From positions 1 through 53,527 of the IMG/VR virus record IMGVR_UViG_3300030012_000241: a DNA stretch of 53,527 bases. The stretch is one strand, 5' to 3'. This document shows, piece after piece, positions 46,392 to 53,527 of this stretch. The stretch comes from a virus (taxonomy: Duplodnaviria > Caudoviricetes). Made by a program: the position numbers and the translations under genes. The notes under the pieces were generated by a model. That model saw only the letters and a list, made by a program, of their open reading frames with translations, searched no databases and was not told where the DNA came from. Numbering within the stretch: the first letter of the stretch is position 1; each line of letters begins with the position of its first letter.

Positions 46392-48384
46392 TTTGCATTC
46401 CTATTATTTGTGCCATCAATGCAGCTTCTTCAGGGTCGTTCAGAATTTCATCTGGGTCTAAATCCAAGCTGTAGGCAAGTTCACTAACCAATTTAGAAAT
46501 CTTAACAAATGGTGCAATAGCAGGATTTTGTGCAGTTTGTAAGAACATAGTAAGTCTTTGACTTCTAACTTCTTTCTGCATCAAGCTATTAGTACCAGTA
46601 GCTCTAACTTCTAAATCGCCCTCTATATCTAACTCACCTTCATGGAACTGCATGTTCCATTGATAGTAAGCTTCTCCTAAAGGTTTTAATAAAAAGTCAT
46701 CAAGGTTTTTGATAACAGTTTTAATATTTAAACTTGATGCTCCTAGTAGCATGGACATACCTGAAGCAGTCCTTGTCATACTCTGAACACCTGTTTGACC
46801 GTGTGAATAACTAGGTATTCCTGTTTGTTCGTCAGCTAACTGTCTAAACCTGTCAAACATCATCATGTTTTCAGGTGCAGTATTTGGAAACTTTAATCCA
46901 TATATTGATTGACCAGGCATTCCAGCTTGTCTTCTGAATACTTTGCCTGGATAAACTTCCATATTCTGTCCTCCGACAAGAGCAGATTCGTCAACATCAA
47001 AAACTAACGAGCCTGCTAAAGCTAGGTTATCAATAGCCATTCTTGCATGACCATTCATAATTTGCTGTGAGTCATCCATATTTTCAGCAACACCTATACC
47101 AAAAAAGTTGTATGGGTTACGTTCATACGGAAATGCATTATATGGTAATCTAAATGGTGTAAATGGATTAACTACTGCTCTAAGTAATTTGTTTCCACAT
47201 ACCCATGCATTTATTTGAACTTCATCTAGTTCGTCTATATCATCTGGTAATTGGATGCCTGCTTCTTTAGCATATTCAGCATCCATAATGCCCCAATACT
47301 CTAATACTTCAAATGTTGTTTCAGTATCGTAAGCATTGTTATCATCTCTTAAATGAGATTCATAACCTCTATCTACATAGTTTGGGCCTTGTTGTAGACA
47401 CTCTCTAATTGCATCTTCATCAAAATAAGGCATGTTTCTCAATGCTCTTAATTGACTACGATTCATTCTGTGTCTATGAATGACATATTCACATTCATCC
47501 ATATCTGTAGCTGAAGGGTCAGGATAAAAGTCCCAACAACTTACAAACTCTATGCGAGGCACTCTTACATCTACTGGACTATACTCTCTTCCATTAGGAG
47601 TATTCATCCATTTATTTAATCTTTTATTAAAATTAAATGGGCCTTTGACTATTCCTGTACCTAGTAATGCTGCTTCTAATAAAGCATTTCTAATCTCTGA
47701 AGACCCATTAGATTCTTCTATTTGGTCATGGACTAAACGTTCCATCCTTCTAGCAGACTCTTGTGCTGGGTTTACTTCAGGTATATTAGGTATAGGAATA
47801 GCTCCTTCTTTTAAAGGAACTTGGTCTTCAATAGGCTCTGATACTTCACCTTTCATAAAGGTAGACCCAGGACCTAATGTTCTGCCATCACCCTCATAGC
47901 CAACATCAAAAGGATTTACATTAGCTCCTTCTCTATTGCCTATATCATCAGGTAATTCAGGCTCGCTGGTTTCTATACCAGGATTAGGATTGTTAATATC
48001 AAGATGTGCTTGAGCTAACTCTCCTTCTGGAATCTTTGTTTCCGATATACCAATAGGAAACTTACCTGTCCCAAAAATAACATCAACTAACTGTCCAAAG
48101 GCAGCAAGGACTTTAGTTTTTGTAATTTTAACGAAGACACGTGATTTTTCAGATTCCCTGAATTTTTGATTCTTTTTATATAAACCCCTGTAGTTCTCAA
48201 ATGCTGTAATCCAACGTTTCTCGTCAGAGTTTCTAGCATCCTCGGCAGAGTCGAATCTAGAGTTTATTATACCTACAAGATTTAGCTTTTGGTCATCTTC
48301 TAATTCTAATTGCTGACCAGACTCACCTTCTACTTCCATGTAGATTTCATCTGCATTTAGTAATGTGTTGTCTCTGTCTGCCAT
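46219..48384 (-). CDS. Portal protein
   Basis: SRVFVKITKTKV, GTGIVKGP, WDFYPDP, FFGIGVAENM, RTASGMSML. Confidence 0.9.
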   Translation of the reverse strand: MADRDNTLLNADEIYMEVEGESGQQLELEDDQKLNLVGIINSRFDSAEDARNSDEKRWITAFENYRGLYKKNQKFRESEKSRVFVKITKTKVLAAFGQLVDVIFGTGKFPIGISETKIPEGELAQAHLDINNPNPGIETSEPELPDDIGNREGANVNPFDVGYEGDGRTLGPGSTFMKGEVSEPIEDQVPLKEGAIPIPNIPEVNPAQESARRMERLVHDQIEESNGSSEIRNALLEAALLGTGIVKGPFNFNKRLNKWMNTPNGREYSPVDVRVPRIEFVSCWDFYPDPSATDMDECEYVIHRHRMNRSQLRALRNMPYFDEDAIRECLQQGPNYVDRGYESHLRDDNNAYDTETTFEVLEYWGIMDAEYAKEAGIQLPDDIDELDEVQINAWVCGNKLLRAVVNPFTPFRLPYNAFPYERNPYNFFGIGVAENMDDSQQIMNGHARMAIDNLALAGSLVFDVDESALVGGQNMEVYPGKVFRRQAGMPGQSIYGLKFPNTAPENMMMFDRFRQLADEQTGIPSYSHGQTGVQSMTRTASGMSMLLGASSLNIKTVIKNLDDFLLKPLGEAYYQWNMQFHEGELDIEGDLEVRATGTNSLMQKEVRSQRLTMFLQTAQNPAIAPFVKISKLVSELAYSLDLDPDEILNDPEEAALMAQIIGMQNAGQNVSEETQPLGQPSPMGGIPGVPQEPAGLDSQGTGGGTIGTGNVPTPGEDEFAG

Positions 48385-50280
48385 TTAATAACCAAAAGTA
48401 GAGTCAAAAGGTTGGTATAAGTCCCTTTTAATCCCTTTTATTCTGTCCAATGAGCTTTGCATTCTTGGTCGGCTCATTATCATATACCTTAGTGCATCGT
48501 ATGCATGGTCTGATGCATGAGTATCAACATCTTCTGGATTTGTTTTGGATAGTGGTATTGATTGTAATTCTCTGATTAAGTTCGGACATGTGTTAAATAT
48601 CTGTAACTTAGGCCTCCCACTCTCTCTGACCTTTAGATATTCGTGTATTTGTATTTTCCCCTGTACTCTATTCTTATCTGCTCGTCTAAGCTTATGACCA
48701 GCTCGAACTAGAGATTCCCCTACGGTTGGGCCTGTTGTACCAGTTTTTGCCCATGCAGCAGTATCTAATACACCTGATACAGAAAATGGGTCTTCCATTT
48801 CCATATCTGTTATTATAGAGGCTAATTCGACTCCTGTCAAGCCTTTTCGGTATAATTCACGGTATATTATGAGAGTTCCATCATTTACGTCCACAGCCCC
48901 CCACAGGCAGCAGGATTCAGATGCATAACCATAGTCAATCCCTTTTAGTCGTTCCCAAGGCAATGGTATCTCAAATGGAGACACAATATGCACTTCAGGT
49001 TGAAACTCAACAAAGGCTGCACCTTCTGCTACATCCCAGTTTCCTTCTAGTAATTGTCGTCTTTGTATAGGTGGTAAAGATTCCAACATCTTTTCATATA
49101 CACCATCCTTAGCTAAGTAAGGGTTATCAGCTAACTTAGCAGGAATAAACTTTCTTGTTAGTCCGTCTTTACCTTCAAAACTTTGATTAGGTTCATGTGG
49201 TTCTATATATCTTTTCTTTACCCATTGAGAACCAACACCACCAGGGTTTGCTGTACATCTAAGATATGTTTCTATCTCAGAGTCTGTGGTTCTCAAACGA
49301 GATGCAAGGTAGTTCCAACTAAATTCTGTTGGGAGATGTGTGATTTCATCAAAGCCAATCCAAGAATAAGCTTGACCTTGGTATCGGTAAACATCAGCAT
49401 CTCGTTCAAGGAAACCAAATTCTATCTTAGCACCACTAGGAAAGTTCCACAACTTCTCTACTTCTCTAAACTTTGCACCAGGGAAAGCCTGTGGATATAG
49501 TTCCCTGGACTTATCTATAAGTTCTCTTAGTTCTGGCATAGACCTTCTAAGTATTAAAGCTCTATGTGCTTTTCTATGTGCATATCTTAGAGGGTCAACT
49601 AGCATGGCATAAGATTTACCACCTCCTGCTGCTCCTCCATATAGCACATCTTTCTCACCTGCTGCTAAAAAATCTGTTTGTGGGCCTTCGTTAGGGTGAA
49701 AGATAACTTTACTATCTTTTATTGTGTCTCTGATTGTCTCTGTAGTTTCTTCGAGTTCATCTTCTGTGACCAGTTTAGATGACGTGTCCTCCGTAACCTT
49801 TGTGATAACTTCTTCTTCTGTTTTAATCTTCTGTTCTTGTCTGGCAAGTTTCTTTTTCTCCTTCTGTATCTTAGCTTTCTGCTGTCGAAGTTTTATTTTT
49901 CTTTTTTGTTCTGCTGAATAGTTGTATTGAGACGTAACTCCCTTGGGTCTTCCTGTTTTTTTCTTAGGTTTACCTGCATCTGTTAAAACAAACGAGCCAT
50001 CTTCGTTGGTTTCGTACTCTTCAGGGAAAATTTCCCACAAATCTTTTTCTAAATGTTTCTTTAATGCTACATGACTAATCTTTCTGCCTGTTTCTTCAGA
50101 CAATAGTGTAGATGCCTCACGTAATGAGTAAACTTTTGTGTATATACACTTGAGATATTTGTTAAGAGCTTCTAATTGCTCTGGGATTGGCTTGAGATAG
50201 CCCTTGACCTCGCTAACTTCGTAACCAAATGGAATGGTTGCTGATTTTTTCTTAATATAGTTAGGAGGAATACTAGACAT
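48385..50280 (-). CDS. terL: Terminase large subunit with ~190 aa N-terminal extension
   Basis: YGGAAGGGKS, FDEIT, TANPGG, DYGY, DHAYDALRY. Confidence 0.93.
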   Translation of the reverse strand: MSSIPPNYIKKKSATIPFGYEVSEVKGYLKPIPEQLEALNKYLKCIYTKVYSLREASTLLSEETGRKISHVALKKHLEKDLWEIFPEEYETNEDGSFVLTDAGKPKKKTGRPKGVTSQYNYSAEQKRKIKLRQQKAKIQKEKKKLARQEQKIKTEEEVITKVTEDTSSKLVTEDELEETTETIRDTIKDSKVIFHPNEGPQTDFLAAGEKDVLYGGAAGGGKSYAMLVDPLRYAHRKAHRALILRRSMPELRELIDKSRELYPQAFPGAKFREVEKLWNFPSGAKIEFGFLERDADVYRYQGQAYSWIGFDEITHLPTEFSWNYLASRLRTTDSEIETYLRCTANPGGVGSQWVKKRYIEPHEPNQSFEGKDGLTRKFIPAKLADNPYLAKDGVYEKMLESLPPIQRRQLLEGNWDVAEGAAFVEFQPEVHIVSPFEIPLPWERLKGIDYGYASESCCLWGAVDVNDGTLIIYRELYRKGLTGVELASIITDMEMEDPFSVSGVLDTAAWAKTGTTGPTVGESLVRAGHKLRRADKNRVQGKIQIHEYLKVRESGRPKLQIFNTCPNLIRELQSIPLSKTNPEDVDTHASDHAYDALRYMIMSRPRMQSSLDRIKGIKRDLYQPFDSTFGY

Positions 50281-50359
50281 AATAAAAAGCTGCCCTTTTA
50301 GAAGACATTACCTAGATGAAATAACGATTTTTATATTCTAAAAAGGTCTTAAGCATAAC

Positions 50360-50539
50360 TCAGGACTGCTCCTTGGTTTGATTCTTATTTTTACCAAATA
50401 TTCTGTCCCAGTTATCTTCGTATTGTTGTTTAGAAACTTCTCTAGGTCTAGGCTTTGCACCTTTACCTGCTGCATTTCTATAAATACTCCGTCTTAACGG
50501 AACAGCATTGTGTTTGTCATCGCTACCAATTTGAGGCAT
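50360..50539 (-). CDS. Small protein, 59 aa (not in ORF track)
   Basis: GKGAKPRP...YEDNWDRIFGK, a recognisable small phage family. Confidence 0.7.
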   Translation of the reverse strand: MPQIGSDDKHNAVPLRRSIYRNAAGKGAKPRPREVSKQQYEDNWDRIFGKNKNQTKEQS

Positions 50540-50540
50540 C

Positions 50541-50807
50541 TTACCATTTTACCCTATTAGCCCAATAAGCTGCTGACATCTTACCTTTTTTTATGTTTGC
50601 ACGATGTCTAGCCTTAAAAGACTTAGCTCTTTTTGTCATAGTCCTGTCGCCAGTTTTACCTTGTTGTCCAAATCTGATAGTTTTAATCTTATCACCTTCT
50701 TTTGCAACAACAATATGCGACTTTGTTTTGTGTTTAGGTGTTCGTTTAGGCTTATTATAACCTGATACACCTGCTCTAGCTAACCTAGGGTCTTTTTTCT
50801 TAGCCAT
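50541..50807 (-). CDS. Small highly basic protein
   Basis: KTIRFGQQG, SFKARH, SAAYWANRVKW. Confidence 0.8.
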   Translation of the reverse strand: MAKKKDPRLARAGVSGYNKPKRTPKHKTKSHIVVAKEGDKIKTIRFGQQGKTGDRTMTKRAKSFKARHRANIKKGKMSAAYWANRVKW

Positions 50808-51046
50808 TATTTCCTGTATGCTCTAGTTTTTCTAGCAATTTTTTTAGGTTGTTTAACAAATTGCTTACCTTTTCTATTACCTGCTGCTTTAGCTCTGTTA
50901 GTTGCCCTCTTTTCAGCAGGACTCAAAGCCTTCCAAGCTGCATCAGGTAAATATCTTTTCTTACCTTTGCTTGGTTTACCATCTGAAGTTCGCCACTTTT
51001 GTCTGCCCCACTTCTTTAGAGATAGTTGAGACTTTTTTAATGTCAT
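50807..51046 (-). CDS. Small highly basic protein
   Basis: SQLSLKKWG.QKWRT, RYLPDAAW. Confidence 0.8.
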   Translation of the reverse strand: MTLKKSQLSLKKWGRQKWRTSDGKPSKGKKRYLPDAAWKALSPAEKRATNRAKAAGNRKGKQFVKQPKKIARKTRAYRK

Positions 51047-51228
51047 TTATAACCTCCACCTGCTTTCTTATAGGCTTTGGCTAACATCTGAGCCTTACGA
51101 GCTGACCATTGTCCAGGCTTACCACCTTTACCACCAGCTTTGATACGGTTAAAAATCCGTTTTCGTAGGCTTGGCTTGGTATAGTTACCTGCTTCGTTGA
51201 CTCTTGATTTTGCTTTTTTCTTTGGCAT
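51043..51228 (-). CDS. Small highly basic protein
   Basis: YTKP.LR...IKAG.KGGKPGQWSARKAQ.LA..Y...GGGY. Confidence 0.8.
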   Translation of the reverse strand: MPKKKAKSRVNEAGNYTKPSLRKRIFNRIKAGGKGGKPGQWSARKAQMLAKAYKKAGGGYK

Positions 51229-51428
51229 TAGTGTAAAGTGACCTCCTGTTGTGGCACAAAGTCTGTAACTTCACCCACGATAATAAGACCGTAGTGTTCT
51301 GCTAAGTTTTGTGCTTCTTTATATGTACCTGCTTTTATAAATGGCCCCAAAACAACTCTAGGGTCATCTTCTAAAAATTCAGTAGCATATATTCTATCAT
51401 CCATCGACTTCGGTATATTCCCCATCAT
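51228..51428 (-). CDS. Hypothetical protein
   Basis: 66 aa; the true start may be 51404 (MDDRIY). Confidence 0.65.
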   Translation of the reverse strand: MMGNIPKSMDDRIYATEFLEDDPRVVLGPFIKAGTYKEAQNLAEHYGLIIVGEVTDFVPQQEVTLH

Positions 51429-51813
51429 CGGCTGATAAGTCTATGGTTTCTTTTTTTGGAAGAATAAAAATCCCTCCTGTAACATTGTGATTAATGTCAA
51501 GTTTTTCTTTCTTGATAACACCAACTCTATCTAATAAAGTTTGTGCTGCTTGTAGTTTTACATTAGCTTGAGGCACGGCTTCATCGCTGTGCATTAACTC
51601 TACAAGCTTGAAAGCTGCTGAAGGTGCTTCCCTTGCAAGTACATTCGAGGCCAAATCAATAATTTCCTCTTTAAGACTGTTTATAACTTGATAGTGATTG
51701 CCTGAGTAGCCTGCGAGTTCGGCTGAGAGCTTTAAGTTACCCTTTGTATCTACTACGTGTTGCAAGAACTTCTCTTGCTTGTCAGTTAGTTTTCTGGTTG
51801 TTAAGGCACTCAT
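51397..51813 (-). CDS. terS: Terminase small subunit
   Basis: RKLTDKQEKFL, AELAGYS (HTH), AAQTLLDRVG, GGIFILP.K; first late gene. Confidence 0.75.
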   Translation of the reverse strand: MSALTTRKLTDKQEKFLQHVVDTKGNLKLSAELAGYSGNHYQVINSLKEEIIDLASNVLAREAPSAAFKLVELMHSDEAVPQANVKLQAAQTLLDRVGVIKKEKLDINHNVTGGIFILPKKETIDLSADDGEYTEVDG

Positions 51814-51821
51814 GCTTATAT

Positions 51822-51849
51822 ATTATAGAGGTGCTGTCAAACTTGTCAA
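51822..51849 (-). promoter_or_regulatory. Late-operon promoter (near-leaderless terS mRNA)
   Basis: TTGACA, 16 bp spacer, TATAAT ending 8 nt before the ATG; no SD. Confidence 0.75.
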
Positions 51850-51867
51850 GTTTTTCGCCAAAATCTA

Positions 51868-51896
51868 TTGACAAAACACTATCTCAACTGTATAAT
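51868..51896 (+). promoter_or_regulatory. Consensus sigma70 promoter firing into non-coding DNA
   Basis: TTGACA (51868-73), 17 bp spacer, TATAAT (51891-96). Confidence 0.8.
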
Positions 51897-51901
51897 GAGG
51901 A

Positions 51902-51981
51902 TGTGTCCGTGGGGGGTCTATATAGTCTATGAAGCCTCCCTCGACCAACAGCACCTCATGCTCGGTTGGGGGCGATTTTTT
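51902..51981 (+). ncRNA. Candidate small RNA
   Basis: Bounded by a perfect promoter and a GC hairpin with T6; no SD-led ORF. Confidence 0.5.
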
Positions 51982-52333
51982 AGTCCTGCTTAACACCGAA
52001 AAGTTCCATAAAATATTTGACCACTAGCATATATACATGGCTATGGGGGTGGTCGCCTGCCCCCTGTCTCTTAGACTTTCAAGACTTGGCAGACTTTGAA
52101 GAGCTAGCCAAAGCAACAAAGAGAACCACCAAGCCCTGAGAAGTTAACAAGTCCTAGAAGACTTTAAAGACCCGAGACGTGAAAACCTGGAAGCCCTAAA
52201 GAACTTTAAAAACTCCCCAAGCTTTGCAGGTCTTCCGAGTATTTGAGGGGTCATCTGTGAGGTGTTAACAAGCTATAAAAATTAATGAGGTTTGGGGGTC
52301 TGTTAAGTTGGGGTTTTTTGTGGCCTTTTTGCT

Positions 52334-52449
52334 TGTTTATAACCTGTGGATAACTCTAAAAATTAAGTGATGCAGCTAAAATTGCTGTAAACCTTACTGC
52401 TAAAAGCTTTGAGGGTCTTTGAAGGTTTTACGATCCTAACTGTGGATAA
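52334..52449. promoter_or_regulatory. DnaA boxes
   Basis: TGTGGATAA at 52345-53 and 52441-49; variant TGTTTATAA at 52334-42. Confidence 0.6.
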
Positions 52450-52479
52450 GTCCTAGCTAGTCCCTAAGAAATCCAAGAC

Positions 52480-52506
52480 AAAAAAAAGCCCCAATGAAGG
52501 GGCTTC
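52480..52506 (-). terminator. Intrinsic terminator, copy 1
   Basis: AAGCCCC-uucauu-GGGGCUU plus U run. Confidence 0.85.
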
Positions 52507-52521
52507 ATAGACTCGACAGCC

Positions 52522-52689
52522 TCAGCAGTCCTCAAGCAATTCTAAAAGCTCCTCCACCTTCTGAACGTCCTCAGGGGTTAACTGTCCCTTTGTTGGTGGA
52601 GTCATAAGATTATTAAGCCCCCATTGAATGAATGACATCTGCTCCATCGTAATGGTTGGTAAGTCGTGGGTTATTTCGTTATTTTCCAT
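52522..52689 (-). CDS. Small early protein, 55 aa (not in ORF track)
   Basis: GGAGG SD; MENNEITHDL...LLEDC*; own leader and terminator. Confidence 0.75.
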   Translation of the reverse strand: MENNEITHDLPTITMEQMSFIQWGLNNLMTPPTKGQLTPEDVQKVEELLELLEDC

Positions 52690-52765
52690 AGTGTATGAGC
52701 CTCCAAGCTCGTTTAGTTAATGAAGTATTATAAACATGATAATTGATAGACTGTCAAACAGACAC

Positions 52766-52790
52766 AAAAAAGCCCCAATGAAGGGGCTTC
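52766..52790 (-). terminator. Intrinsic terminator, copy 2
   Basis: 25 bp identical to 52482-52506. Confidence 0.85.
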
Positions 52791-52809
52791 TAGTTCTTGG
52801 CTGATTATC

Positions 52810-53028
52810 TTACCAATAGCGTTGGACTCCTTCCCAGTTATCGCCCTCCCAAGCTTCAAAGTCTTTTATAGCTTCTTCTTTTGTTGGGAATTGATAACGT
52901 TCAAAAGAGCTTTTCACTCTGTCGATTTGATAATCATGTTTTTTTAAATCTGCGAAGACCTCAACAACATAAAAGCCGTGTGTTCCTTCGCTGAGTTGTA
53001 GCCAATGCCGTTGGTGTCTAGCTCTCAT
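52810..53028 (-). CDS. Early hypothetical protein, 72 aa
   Basis: Start moved to MRARHQ because of the GAGGAGG SD. Confidence 0.7.
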   Translation of the reverse strand: MRARHQRHWLQLSEGTHGFYVVEVFADLKKHDYQIDRVKSSFERYQFPTKEEAIKDFEAWEGDNWEGVQRYW

Positions 53029-53386
53029 TGTCTTCGTCCTCCTCTTCAATAATATATTTACTTTGACTCGTAAGCTTCCAATAATCGAACTCATCATAGC
53101 CGTAGCTTTTTTGTAATTCATACTTCGATGAATAACTAAAACCGTCTGCTTCATGTTCTGTGGTTGCTTCCGTTCCTTTGTCGAATAAGTCATATTTAAA
53201 TAAATATAATGTTTTCTGATTATCTTCTAAACTATGTTTATTAGCTTCAAACTTATGTTTAGTGTCATTAACATATATATTTTTTAATACTTGCCCCTCA
53301 TTTTTAAACATTTCTGAAACTTCTAAAAGTTCTTTCATGCCTCCGAGGTGTACATTATACGTGGTTTTCTTTTTTTCTTTTTCCAT
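53018..53386 (-). CDS. Early hypothetical protein
   Basis: GGAGG SD; 122 aa. Confidence 0.8.
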   Translation of the reverse strand: MEKEKKKTTYNVHLGGMKELLEVSEMFKNEGQVLKNIYVNDTKHKFEANKHSLEDNQKTLYLFKYDLFDKGTEATTEHEADGFSYSSKYELQKSYGYDEFDYWKLTSQSKYIIEEEDEDNES

Positions 53387-53421
53387 AGTGTTGAGCCTCC
53401 AAGCTCTTAGTTAATGATTAC

Positions 53422-53449
53422 AATATACACTATAAAGAAACTAAGTCAA
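53422..53449 (-). promoter_or_regulatory. Leftward early promoter
   Basis: TTGACT, 16 bp spacer, TATATT; back-to-back with the rightward early promoter. Confidence 0.6.
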
Positions 53450-53525
53450 ATTTATTTGCTTTTAGTTGTATAGTAAAAGTTGACATGCTCCAGGTTTTTT
53501 ATTATCTTTAAGACTTCATTAACTA
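53428..53525. repeat. Terminal direct repeat, right copy
   Basis: Identical to 1-98. Confidence 0.95.
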
Positions 53526-53527
53526 AC

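Noticed and set aside
1-53527. Integrase, RNA polymerase, reverse transcriptase/DGR, tRNA genes, stop-codon recoding
   Set aside because: No motifs seen, and all core genes are full length in the standard code

Overview
The window looks like a complete, circularly assembled ~53.4 kb genome of an AT-rich lytic podophage; the first 98 bp recur at the end. The + strand (114-16051) carries small early genes and a T7/SIO1-type replication module: SSB, primase-helicase, C5-cytosine methyltransferase, family A polymerase, nucleases, class Ia NrdA/NrdB, an FkbM methyltransferase and a cytidylyltransferase. There is no RNA polymerase, and host sigma70-type promoters are visible. The - strand (51813-16169) carries packaging and morphogenesis genes that resemble marine HMO-2011-type podoviruses as I recall them. 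Two systems stand out. (1) A single 610-aa enzyme fuses a COLGALT-like GT25 domain, a PLOD/LH3-type glycosyltransferase domain and a PLOD-type Fe/2OG lysyl hydroxylase domain. It is encoded just downstream of a 1917-aa tail fibre with >200 Gly-X-Y triplets rich in Y-position lysine and almost free of proline. This looks like a complete animal-style collagen hydroxylysine glycosylation pathway plus its substrate. (2) A tightly overlapping csgF-csgG-curlin-FecR-CHASE2/adenylate cyclase cassette looks like a trans-envelope signalling chain. Also noted: a TonB-like early protein, several candidate structured RNAs, DnaA boxes, repeated early expression cassettes, a shared GG motif in virion proteins and apparent GATC avoidance. 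All family assignments come from motif recognition by eye; no searches were run.
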